Source: Hyphomonadaceae bacterium (GTDB lineage Bacteria; Pseudomonadota; Alphaproteobacteria; Caulobacterales; Hyphomonadaceae). From it: a stretch of DNA of 64,000 nt. The stretch covers positions 5,373 to 69,372 of the forward strand of contig JAOATF010000017.1 in assembly GCA_030158285.1 (NCBI GenBank). The letters run 5' to 3'. The translations under genes were made by a program, and so were the position numbers. Of the stretch, positions 46,601 through 53,926 are shown in pieces. Position 1 is the first letter of the stretch. The number at the start of each line of letters is the position of its first letter. Under the pieces are notes generated by a model, which did no database searches, was not told where the DNA came from, and worked only from the letters and a program-made list of their open reading frames with translations.

Positions 46601-47439
46601 CCGAGGAAACGGATCGCCGGCAAGTGCTCGATGGCGCGAACTGGTACGAGCCGAACAACCGGAAACTGCGGCACGATCACGTCGAGCGCATCGAGGCTGA
46701 ATGGACGCGCAAGCTGTCGCTGGACATCTCGCGTTCGACCATCGGCTACATGACCACGCACATTGCCACGCTCGAACGCGAGCTGGACGGCAGGCTGCGG
46801 GCCTCGATCGAGGACACGCTGTTGCGGACGCTGGTCGCCAGATCGGTCAAGGGGGCCAGGCTCCGCGTGCTTGAACTGGGCGCTTCCTTTGGCGTTGAAA
46901 CCGCGGTGATGCATGACCAGCTGAAGGATCACTTCGCCGACGTCGGCTTCACCATCCTCGATCCGCTCGATGCCGTGGCGCACGATGTACGCTCGGACCG
47001 CCAGACCGGGCTGCCGGTAAGCGAGCGCATCGTCCGCCGCAACCTTGCGCGCGTCGGGCTGCAGGACAAGCAGGCGACCCTGATCAAGCAGTCGGCCACC
47101 GATCTTGAAGCGGTCGAACAGGCATCCGCCGGCGCCTACGATGTGCTCATCATCGATGCGGATCATTCCTATGCCGGCGTGAAGGCCTGCTTCGAGAACT
47201 ACGGCCGCATGGTCCGGCTTGGCGGCTATATCATCTTCGCCGAGTACGGGTCGCCGGAATGGCCGGATGTCCAGGCTTTCGTTGATGCCGAAGTCGGGAC
47301 GGCCAGCCATGTGTCGCCGGTCGGGACCAGCTGGCGCACGGCCGTCTATCGCGTCGTGAAGGTCGAGAAGGCGCCGCCGGCGCGTGCTGCCGCGCCGGCC
47401 GCCGCAAAGCCGGCCGCGGCGCGACGCCGCAAGAAGTAG
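43651..47439 (+). CDS. Giant membrane-anchored coiled-coil protein with a C-terminal class I SAM-methyltransferase domain
   Basis: Basic N-terminus followed by two hydrophobic helices (LTLAVLVMFVAAVVVAVLGPW; IIFATAAGFVFFGGLVFYLAF). Then ~880 aa of Pro-poor A/L/E/R/Q/S-rich sequence with recurring motifs (RIDDL x3, RVGGL x2, IEGAFE/LEGAFE). The last ~230 aa carry VLELGASFGVE, VLIIDADHSYAGV, GGYIIFAEY. K/R/A/P tail. Possible starts at 43651, 43687 and 43747. Confidence 0.75.
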   Translation: MRRRALLPGCASMVEPRAGQEPGVAGGKPIATMGSRAGGLLRWIVSHVARRRAAQLTLAVLVMFVAAVVVAVLGPWSGEQRIIFATAAGFVFFGGLVFYLAFRSWDLATRLSHDAAKAREMLASLQTALALQDQRSATSIAQNEKLDHELGLLWTEHAGVVESLRATTRRSLQTSARLDKAATTLGLLDTRASGIDHVRARVAALAHRQASLTGAQATLAGRVEAVTKNAELASVALRDIRGQQSGYVQGLGATNAQLLDVASRFEALATMLEQCRGQVAQQSVGQAALTDAVAELRAMAGALTSRNARSDAAIEAWSAKLTAATREQTALGAGVARLQVQLGDMTNLQGASISGLTEVVSRVASIEGAFEQARVSAAEQFGEVSRRAISIETLTLSVQDRLLSDIDRAVSLLNARDAAIADASAILDQRLSRVETGISIVAEQGELPLVRIGELEDRLTQVTVSNLTALDDLSAHVTSLKELARSEAGRVVELSAVLKALGDSVSGSLRALGGQTTSLEQGLQTLFRQMDASVAASGQSMGEMAGKLATLEQAFGHESARVGGLVQAVVELRQGVESAGADNVAAVGMINADIAALLQRVSTSSEAHAAHQQELTQRLDRLQASSHAEGEAAIRQLRDELSAVGRRHLEAAAAHGAGLAALEEQSRDHILSLEHVHRAIAFSQDRTEMISEQIGELQGAIESAAVSGDEVFEGLGQRIDDLKQQLADSVSTARDEREGVAGQLGALRSLVEDTTSAGNEAVQGVSRRIDDLVPKVAESVTLSRHVQEKLSAQLAELREGTGAEKRRIDDLKTELATLADRLAAAGATVETLAAAWPAQIEQLKASLPDGAKAAKAAALLDTLEKSARASEAEIDVVKKGLSELSRNFGATATSSRQVIEQLSDQFTSLREAMTGEFGRVGGLTSRLASLEGAFEGASRTSDQELARARDGLEDLSSRLSEAASSIEARLSELTSKVFAAADLAEETDRRQVLDGANWYEPNNRKLRHDHVERIEAEWTRKLSLDISRSTIGYMTTHIATLERELDGRLRASIEDTLLRTLVARSVKGARLRVLELGASFGVETAVMHDQLKDHFADVGFTILDPLDAVAHDVRSDRQTGLPVSERIVRRNLARVGLQDKQATLIKQSATDLEAVEQASAGAYDVLIIDADHSYAGVKACFENYGRMVRLGGYIIFAEYGSPEWPDVQAFVDAEVGTASHVSPVGTSWRTAVYRVVKVEKAPPARAAAPAAAKPAAARRRKK

Positions 47440-47599
47440 ATCGGCGGGATTGGACGCGGCGTCTGGTCGAGACACACAGCGCCCGGTCGCATCCAGAGCT
47501 AAACCTTTGACATTTCAACAGCCTGACCGCGCGACATCACGCGTGCGCGTCGTTTCGTTAGGCGATTGTGGAGGTTCTGCTGATTAGGGTGGCCTGAAA

Positions 47600-48553
47600 T
47601 TGGACGGGCAGGCTATCGTGAAGTATGACTGCCCATCGTCAGCTGACGCGCCGCAGCCTGCCGCTACAGAGAGACCGCCTTTGACGAGTCAGAGTACCCA
47701 GAATGGCCTCCGGGTTGTTTCGACTGCGGCCCGGGCGGCGGCGGATATCGCCAAAAATCCATCTGAACCCATGCCCGCGGGCCATGCGCTGGTCGGGCGG
47801 CGGGCGCCGCTGGCGATCCAGGTCAAGGACTGCGTTCTCAAATATCCCATCGGCGCCCATGCGCGCGGTAGTCTCAAATCGGCTGTGATGGGCCTGTTCG
47901 GCCATCGCGAGCGTACGCCGACCGCGCAATACGTCGATGCGCTCCGGGGCATCAATCTCCAGATCCAGCAGGGTGAGCGCGTTGCGCTGATCGGCCATAA
48001 CGGTTCGGGCAAGTCGACGCTGCTGCGCGCGATGGCGGGCGTCTATCCGCTTGCCTCCGGCGATATCCACGTGTCCGGACGGATCGGTACGCTGCTGGAG
48101 CTTGGCGTCGGCTTCGAGGACGAGGCCACCGGGCGCGAGAATATCTACTATCGCGGAATGGCGATGGGCTATTCGCGCAAGCTTCTGGCGAAGCACGAGC
48201 GGGAGATCGTGGAGTTCTGCGGTCTCGGCGATTTCATCGACCTGCCGGTGCGCACCTATTCCGCCGGCATGTATGTTCGGCTCGCCTTTGCGATCTCGAC
48301 CCAGTTCTCGCCCGAAGTGCTTCTGGTCGATGAGGTCTTCGGGGCGGGCGACGCCGTCTTCGCCGAGCGCGCGGTGCAGCGCATGATGCGCATCGTGAAC
48401 GACGCCGGCATTTTCGTTCTCGCCACGCACGACGTGAATCTGGTCAGCCGCGTGTGCAGCCGGGCTGTCTGGCTGTCCTCGGGCCACATCCTGGCCGATG
48501 GGCCCGTCGAGACCGTGATTCCGGAATTCACTGCGCGAATGTCTGGACGCTGA
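47600..48553 (+). CDS. wzt: Polysaccharide-export ABC transporter ATP-binding protein (Wzt/KpsT/TagH-type), no C-terminal carbohydrate-binding domain
   Basis: Walker A GHNGSGKSTLL, signature YSAGMYVRLAFA, Walker B VLLVDEVFGAGD. The protein ends ~20 aa after the H-loop region. Start uncertain (TTG 47600 or ATG 47771). Confidence 0.85.
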   Translation: MDGQAIVKYDCPSSADAPQPAATERPPLTSQSTQNGLRVVSTAARAAADIAKNPSEPMPAGHALVGRRAPLAIQVKDCVLKYPIGAHARGSLKSAVMGLFGHRERTPTAQYVDALRGINLQIQQGERVALIGHNGSGKSTLLRAMAGVYPLASGDIHVSGRIGTLLELGVGFEDEATGRENIYYRGMAMGYSRKLLAKHEREIVEFCGLGDFIDLPVRTYSAGMYVRLAFAISTQFSPEVLLVDEVFGAGDAVFAERAVQRMMRIVNDAGIFVLATHDVNLVSRVCSRAVWLSSGHILADGPVETVIPEFTARMSGR

Positions 48554-48582
48554 GACGACCCGTAGCCTATGAGGCGGACAAG

Positions 48583-49410
48583 ATGTCCTACGTGAATGTC
48601 CAGGATCGCAGGCTGCCGTTCGCGCTTCGATACGCTGCGGACTTCCTGTCCTATCGTCATCTCTGCTGGAACCTCGTGGGGTCGGCCCTCCGGGCGCGCT
48701 TTCGCCGGACGCAGCTTGGCATTCTCTGGGCAACGCTTCAGCCGCTCGCCTTTTCCCTGATGATCGCCACCGTCTGGGCCGGGCTGCGCAACAAGGAATC
48801 CGTGTGGGAGTTTGCCGCTTACGTCTTCACGGGCACGGTGGCCTTCGAACTCTTCAGCACGTCGGTCCAGAACGGGCAGGACGCCCTGATGTCCGCGTCA
48901 GGCTTCATTCGCCAGGCGCGCATCCCTTTCCTCATCTTCCAGCTGAGGGTGGTGCTGACATCGCTCGTGATGTTCATGTGCGCGCTGGTTGGCGTCCTGC
49001 TGGTGACGGCAATCGTCACCCATGGCGCAAACCTTGGGCCGGCGCTCATGCTGGTCCCGGTCTTCATGGGGATAGCAGCGCTGTTCATGCTGCCCATCGT
49101 CATCATCATGTCGATCGTCGGCGCGCTCTATCGCGACGTGAAATACATCTCCATGCTCGGGGAGCGCGCCCTGTTCCTGGTGTCGCCGGTCATGCTTCCG
49201 CGCGACGTCCTCGAGCAACCCCATCTGCAGATCCTCGAAGTCCTGAACCCGCTCGTCCCGTTTCTGGATCTGTTTCGCGATCCCGTCCTCTACGGCAACT
49301 TCTGGGAAGCGCGGGACGTGATTGCGATGTTCGTCTGGATCGCGGCGCTCTGGGCTCTGGCGATCTTTGCGTCCATGTCGGTAGGCCGCAAGATCGTGTT
49401 CGCCATCTGA
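48583..49410 (+). CDS. wzm: ABC-2-type polysaccharide-export permease
   Basis: Six hydrophobic helices; N-terminal YRHLCWNLVGSALRARFRRTQLGILWATLQPL is typical of ABC2_membrane permeases. GAGGCGG RBS upstream of ATG 48583. Confidence 0.85.
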   Translation: MSYVNVQDRRLPFALRYAADFLSYRHLCWNLVGSALRARFRRTQLGILWATLQPLAFSLMIATVWAGLRNKESVWEFAAYVFTGTVAFELFSTSVQNGQDALMSASGFIRQARIPFLIFQLRVVLTSLVMFMCALVGVLLVTAIVTHGANLGPALMLVPVFMGIAALFMLPIVIIMSIVGALYRDVKYISMLGERALFLVSPVMLPRDVLEQPHLQILEVLNPLVPFLDLFRDPVLYGNFWEARDVIAMFVWIAALWALAIFASMSVGRKIVFAI

Positions 49411-49535
49411 CGCGGCTGTCGCCGCCGTCCGCGCCGGTGTTGCCGATCCTGCCCCCAGCAGCTAGAGGCGCTTGCGAGACCTGAGCATCGGCAGCATCCT
49501 CGGGGTGCTATCAGCGCAACCGACGGGGACCTGGC

Positions 49536-50762
49536 TTGTCTGTCTTTGTACTTGGCGCCCTGTTTGTGCTCTGGCCGCTGGTGTCGCTGGCGGGCGGCCT
49601 CGCTTTTTCGTCTCTCACGGGGCTCGCGGCGCTGCTCCTGCTGCCCTCCGTCGTCCGGACGCTTCGCCCGCGTCCTTACTTCCTCGCCCTCCTGGCGTTT
49701 TTCATCTTCGCTGGCGTCTCGATGCTGTGGTCGCCGCGCGAGCAGGTGCTGGTCAGCATCGACCTCGACAAGATGCAGTTCGCCATCCGCAGCGAGATGC
49801 TGCGCGTCGGCCTTCAGATCCTTGCGCTGGGTGGCCTGATCGCCGCCGCCATGCGAATGAGCGAACGCGACAAGGCGCGGCTGCAGGCGATTGCACAGGT
49901 CGCCCTGCTGGTTCAGCTGGGCATGCTGGTCGTGCTCACCGTGTTCGAGCTCCAGATCCTTGACATGCTGCGCCCGATTGTGCCGGACACGGGCGAGGGG
50001 GTTCAGAACATCTCGCGCAACTGCCTGATCATGGCGGTGGCTGCCCCGTCGCTGGCGATTGGTCTCGCGCGCGGAAAGCCGCCAGCGATTGCATGGGCGC
50101 TTGCCGCCGGCGTGATCGGCACAATCGTTGTGATCCTGGTGGTGCGAGGCGTCCACGCTGGCCTGCTGGCCATCGCGGCGGCGGGTGTCTGTGTCGCGCT
50201 CGTGCATGTCCTGCCCAGGCACGGGTTCAAGATCCTTGGCGCTCTGATCGCACTGATGGTGCTGACGGCGCCGCTGATATTCGGGTTCCTGTCGCAAGGC
50301 GCGGACTTTGCGACGGCTGACGATTCATCGTCCTACCGGGCCGCGATCTGGCAGCGTGTGATCGAGCTGATCAATCAGCATCCGATCCTCGGCAACGGCC
50401 TCGGCGCGCTGCGCACCGTGCGCGAGCCGATTGAATCCGGCGTCTTCGCCGGGCAGTTCACCGTCCCCAACCACGCCCACAACATGACGCTGCAACTCTG
50501 GGCCGAAGTCGGGGCGGTGGGGGCAGGGTTGATGGCGCTCGCCCTCGTGCTGGCGGGCTGGCGACTGGGCGATGCACGCCGGCTCGGCTCTGCCGGGCTC
50601 AGGGGCGCGGCGATTGCCGGCGCCATGACCGCCGTGGCCGGCGTTTCCTTCGATCTGTGGAACGACTGGTGGTGGGCCGTCGCTGGATTGATGGCGGTGC
50701 TGGCTGTGGCGACGCCCGCACGCAGCGCGCCGCAGGCGGGCGATGCGAATGCCGTCGTCTGA
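49536..50762 (+). CDS. O-antigen ligase / Wzy_C-family polytopic membrane protein
   Basis: About 10-12 TM helices. A periplasmic loop carries SSYRAAIWQRVIELINQHPILGNGLGA...HAHNMTLQLWAEVGAVG (H-x-N-x2-L-x3-E-x-G signature). TTG start. Confidence 0.7.
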   Translation: MSVFVLGALFVLWPLVSLAGGLAFSSLTGLAALLLLPSVVRTLRPRPYFLALLAFFIFAGVSMLWSPREQVLVSIDLDKMQFAIRSEMLRVGLQILALGGLIAAAMRMSERDKARLQAIAQVALLVQLGMLVVLTVFELQILDMLRPIVPDTGEGVQNISRNCLIMAVAAPSLAIGLARGKPPAIAWALAAGVIGTIVVILVVRGVHAGLLAIAAAGVCVALVHVLPRHGFKILGALIALMVLTAPLIFGFLSQGADFATADDSSSYRAAIWQRVIELINQHPILGNGLGALRTVREPIESGVFAGQFTVPNHAHNMTLQLWAEVGAVGAGLMALALVLAGWRLGDARRLGSAGLRGAAIAGAMTAVAGVSFDLWNDWWWAVAGLMAVLAVATPARSAPQAGDANAVV

Positions 50763-51807
50763 ACCGTCCCTCGAAGCGCGGACCGGCGCGCACGCGACGA
50801 ACAACTTCAACCTGCTGCGGCTTCTCTTTGCCCTGATGGTTGTCGTCTATCACGCCATCGTCCTGCCCGGCGCCGCCAACGGACAGCGGCTCGAAAGCTG
50901 GGCCAGTCTCGGTGCGGAACTTGGCGTACAGGGCTTCTTCGTGCTGTCGGGCTATCTCGTCTGGGCCAGCCTCGAGCGGTCCCCGTCGCTGGGTCTCTAT
51001 GCTGAAAAGCGCGTGCGGCGGCTGTTGCCGGCCTATGTCACCGTCATCCTTGTGTGCGCGATCGCAGCTGCGGCTCTGTCGCCCGCGTTGCGCGCCGATC
51101 TTGGCGCGCTCGGGCGGTATCTCGGCTGGAACCTGGCTTTCCTCAACTTCATGGCCCCGGGTCTTCCCGGCGTGTTCGAGGGCAATCGCTTCACCGAGAT
51201 CAACGGCGCGCTGTGGACGTTGAAGATCGAGGTGATGTTCTACCTCGTCCTGCCGATCCTCGCGGTCCTGCTCCGAGTCGCAGGCCGCCTCCGCTGGGGG
51301 GTGTTCGTGGCAATCTATGTCGGCGCCGAAGCCTGGCGCTTCACGCTGGAACAGGCCGGCCCAACGCAGGGCGGCTTGCTGGTCGAACTCTCGCGCCAGC
51401 TGCCCGGCCAGATGAGCTTCTTCATCACGGGCATGGCGCTGTGGTCATGGCGCGACCGGCTGAGATGGCCGCTGCTGGCCCCGCTCGGCATCGCACTGCT
51501 GGCCCTGTCGCTGGCCGTCCCGCAGGCCGATCCCGTGCGTGCGGCTGGCCTCGGTCTGGTCGCGGTCTGGATCGCCGTCGGTGTCCCGCGCCTGTTCGAT
51601 GCCGCCGCTTTCGGCGATCTCTCCTACGGCCTCTACATCGTGCACTTCCCGATTATCCAGTGCGTGATCGCGGCCGGGCTTTTTGCCTCGCCGGTTGTCG
51701 GCTTTGCCGTGGCGGGCGCAGCCAGCCTCGCTGCAGCGTTGTTGCTGTGGTGGCTGATCGAACGCCCCGCGCTGCGCGCGGACAGCGCCTATCGCTCCGG
51801 CGGCTGA
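50743..51807 (+). CDS. Acyltransferase family 3 (OafA/WecH-like O-acyltransferase)
   Basis: NNFNLLRLLFALMVVVYHA followed by ~10 TM helices. Overlaps the preceding gene by 20 nt. Confidence 0.85.
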   Translation: MRMPSSEPSLEARTGAHATNNFNLLRLLFALMVVVYHAIVLPGAANGQRLESWASLGAELGVQGFFVLSGYLVWASLERSPSLGLYAEKRVRRLLPAYVTVILVCAIAAAALSPALRADLGALGRYLGWNLAFLNFMAPGLPGVFEGNRFTEINGALWTLKIEVMFYLVLPILAVLLRVAGRLRWGVFVAIYVGAEAWRFTLEQAGPTQGGLLVELSRQLPGQMSFFITGMALWSWRDRLRWPLLAPLGIALLALSLAVPQADPVRAAGLGLVAVWIAVGVPRLFDAAAFGDLSYGLYIVHFPIIQCVIAAGLFASPVVGFAVAGAASLAAALLLWWLIERPALRADSAYRSGG

Positions 51808-51814
51808 ACGCCAC

Positions 51815-52225
51815 TCAGGCGTACGTATAGTATTTGTGCAGGAAATAGCTGGAGATCGCCGGCGCGCCGACGCCGAACAGGTGGGCGACCTCGAACATGT
51901 GCCACTCCCAGCCGATGGCCGGCAGCACCAGCCGCGCCATGATCGAGCTGACAGCCCAGGCCAGCGTCGCGCCGAAGATGTTCACCCAGATGAAGCGCAC
52001 CACGCGCTTGCCCTCGATGCCGCCGCCTCCGAACAGCATCTTCTGGAACAGGAAGAAGCCCACCACCATGCCGACCATGTAGGCCAGCACGACAGCCACC
52101 TCGAACGGCATCACGAAGTCGAGCAGGTAGCGCGCAACCAGGTTGGCCAGCGCGGCGATCCCGCCCACGCCAAGGAAGCGCAGGAATTCCCAGAACCCTC
52201 CGCCTGACTTGATCGCCGCCATCAT
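51815..52225 (-). CDS. GtrA-family small membrane protein (second copy)
   Basis: FLRFLGVGGIAALANLVARYLL plus three further helices; 136 aa. The ATG overlaps the upstream TGA (ATGA). Confidence 0.8.
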   Translation of the reverse strand: MMAAIKSGGGFWEFLRFLGVGGIAALANLVARYLLDFVMPFEVAVVLAYMVGMVVGFFLFQKMLFGGGGIEGKRVVRFIWVNIFGATLAWAVSSIMARLVLPAIGWEWHMFEVAHLFGVGAPAISSYFLHKYYTYA

Positions 52226-53781
52226 GGGGTCCCACCGGGAGGATGCAGTCCGAACAGCTGGTTGATGTTCAGGAGATTCGCCGAACCTTCCGGCAACATT
52301 GCCGCTGCGCCAAAAGCCAGCGCCAGCAGGCCACCGATTGCAAGGCTCTGCGGATCCTTGAACGCGAACACCACCGGATCATCGTCCAGCTGGCCGCGAT
52401 TGGCCAGCAGCCACACGCGCATCATCCACATTGTCAGCGCGATCGGGGCGATCCACAGCGCTTCCGGCGTCGAGAAAACGCCCGACGGAACGGCGTAATC
52501 CATGATGTAGAGCACCAGGATCAGCGGGGTGGCGGTGGCCGTCGCAAGGCCCAGCCCCAGCGTGATCGTTGCATCTTCCGCGCGATAGCCGCGATTGGCG
52601 ATGCGCCGCTCGCCGTTGGCGGTCCGCCGCAGCACCTCGGTATGTCGTTTCGCCAGCGACAGCGACACGAACAGGAACATCGAGAACACCATCAGCCAGT
52701 GGCTGAGCGCCACGCCCGCCAGCACCGCGCCCATGATCAGCCGCAGCGTGTAGAGGAAGCTGAGCGTCAGTGTATCGACGAGCGCTGCGCGCTTGAGCAG
52801 GAAGGAATAGGCCAGTGTGGTGACGAGATACGACAGCATCGTAACGCCGAACGCCGGCGACAGCAGGAAGCCGCCCGCCAATCCGCCCAGGATCAGCACG
52901 GGCGCGGCCACAAAACCCTGCCACAGCTTCAGCCGGCCAGACGCAAACGGCCGCCGCTTCTTCGAGGGGTGACCACGATCGGCCGCCAAGTCGACAAGAT
53001 CGTTGAGGATGTAGGTGCCCGACGCCATCATGCCGAGCAGAGGCAGGGCGATCAGCAAGGTCAGCAGTGTCGCCACATTGGCGATCTGCATCGCCATGAT
53101 CGCCGGCACGAAGATCAGGACGTTCTTCGACCACTGGTGCAACCGCAGCGCCTTGCGCCACGCGCCAATCCCGCGCTTCGGTCGCTGGAATTTCTGCGCC
53201 ACCTTGATGCCGGCGCGTTCGACGCCCACGGCGCTCACCGGCCCGCCTTCAACGACAGAGGCGGCCTTGGCCTTGCGCCAGACTTTCATGTCGGCGCGGC
53301 TGTCACCGATGTATTCGAAGCCCTGCGGCGCCGCCTTCTCGAGGAAGGCCGCCTTGGCATGGCCCTTGTTGTTGGTCTTGCCATCGCTGCCGACCGCGCG
53401 GTCGAACACACCGAAGCGCGCTGCAGCTTCTTCCACGATGCCCTGGTCGGACGCAGAGACCAGCCACACCTGCCGCCCCGCCGCGCGTTCGCGCCGGCAG
53501 TAGTCGACAACGTCGTCGTTCGCCGGCAGGCTCGCCATGTCGAGGTTCGCGCGCGACTGCACGCGCGCCTTCACCTTGGCCAGCGCAAACGGCAGCTGCA
53601 GCATCTGCCACAACGCCCACAACGGACGCCTGCGGAGATGCTCCGCCAGTCCCTCGAACAAGGTATCCGTCAGCAGCAGCGTGCCATCGAGATCGACAGC
53701 CAGAAGCGTCTTCTGGTCGCTGTCCGCAGTGCCCTGCGCCTGCGCGTCATTGGCGGCGCGCGCGATGAATGGCTGGCTCAC
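52222..53781 (-). CDS. Fusion of a HAD-superfamily phosphatase domain with a UbiA-family polyprenyl-phosphate phosphoribosyltransferase (DPPR-synthase-like) domain
   Basis: HAD motif I is LLAVDLDGTLLLTD, with later YIGDSRADM. The UbiA half carries YILNDLVDLAADRGHPSKKRRPFASGRL, which matches the NDxxDxxxD...HPxKxxRPxAxG signature I recall for mycobacterial Rv3806c, plus ~8 TM helices. Confidence 0.7.
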   Translation of the reverse strand: MSQPFIARAANDAQAQGTADSDQKTLLAVDLDGTLLLTDTLFEGLAEHLRRRPLWALWQMLQLPFALAKVKARVQSRANLDMASLPANDDVVDYCRRERAAGRQVWLVSASDQGIVEEAAARFGVFDRAVGSDGKTNNKGHAKAAFLEKAAPQGFEYIGDSRADMKVWRKAKAASVVEGGPVSAVGVERAGIKVAQKFQRPKRGIGAWRKALRLHQWSKNVLIFVPAIMAMQIANVATLLTLLIALPLLGMMASGTYILNDLVDLAADRGHPSKKRRPFASGRLKLWQGFVAAPVLILGGLAGGFLLSPAFGVTMLSYLVTTLAYSFLLKRAALVDTLTLSFLYTLRLIMGAVLAGVALSHWLMVFSMFLFVSLSLAKRHTEVLRRTANGERRIANRGYRAEDATITLGLGLATATATPLILVLYIMDYAVPSGVFSTPEALWIAPIALTMWMMRVWLLANRGQLDDDPVVFAFKDPQSLAIGGLLALAFGAAAMLPEGSANLLNINQLFGLHPPGGTP

Positions 53782-53926
53782 GGGCGGATTCCTGCAGAGT
53801 GTTAATGCGCCAGCCTACGCCCTAACGCTCAAGAATCAGTTGATCGTCAGGGTCCGTCTGCTTCCGCCGCGTCCTGCGTTGTTGCGCGCGGCGTGCCGAA
53901 CGTTAAAACCGCAGCACCAGCGTGAA

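Noticed and set aside
47507-47538. TTGACA ... GCGACATC upstream of wzt as a promoter.
   Set aside because: The spacing (18 nt to an 8-nt GCTANAWC-like box) falls outside the range of the alphaproteobacterial consensus I was matching. No acceptable E. coli-type -10 hexamer sits at 17 nt. I did not report it as a feature.
53537-53926. N-terminal 130-aa extension of the manC ORF, and similar extensions at 16921-17238, 22083-22406, 27368-28330, 39382-39537 and 41958-42257.
   Set aside because: The extensions are Arg/Ser/Cys/Pro-rich, overlap neighbouring genes or lie antisense to them, and precede the conserved N-terminal motifs by far more than in characterised homologues. I preferred internal starts with RBS-like sequences.
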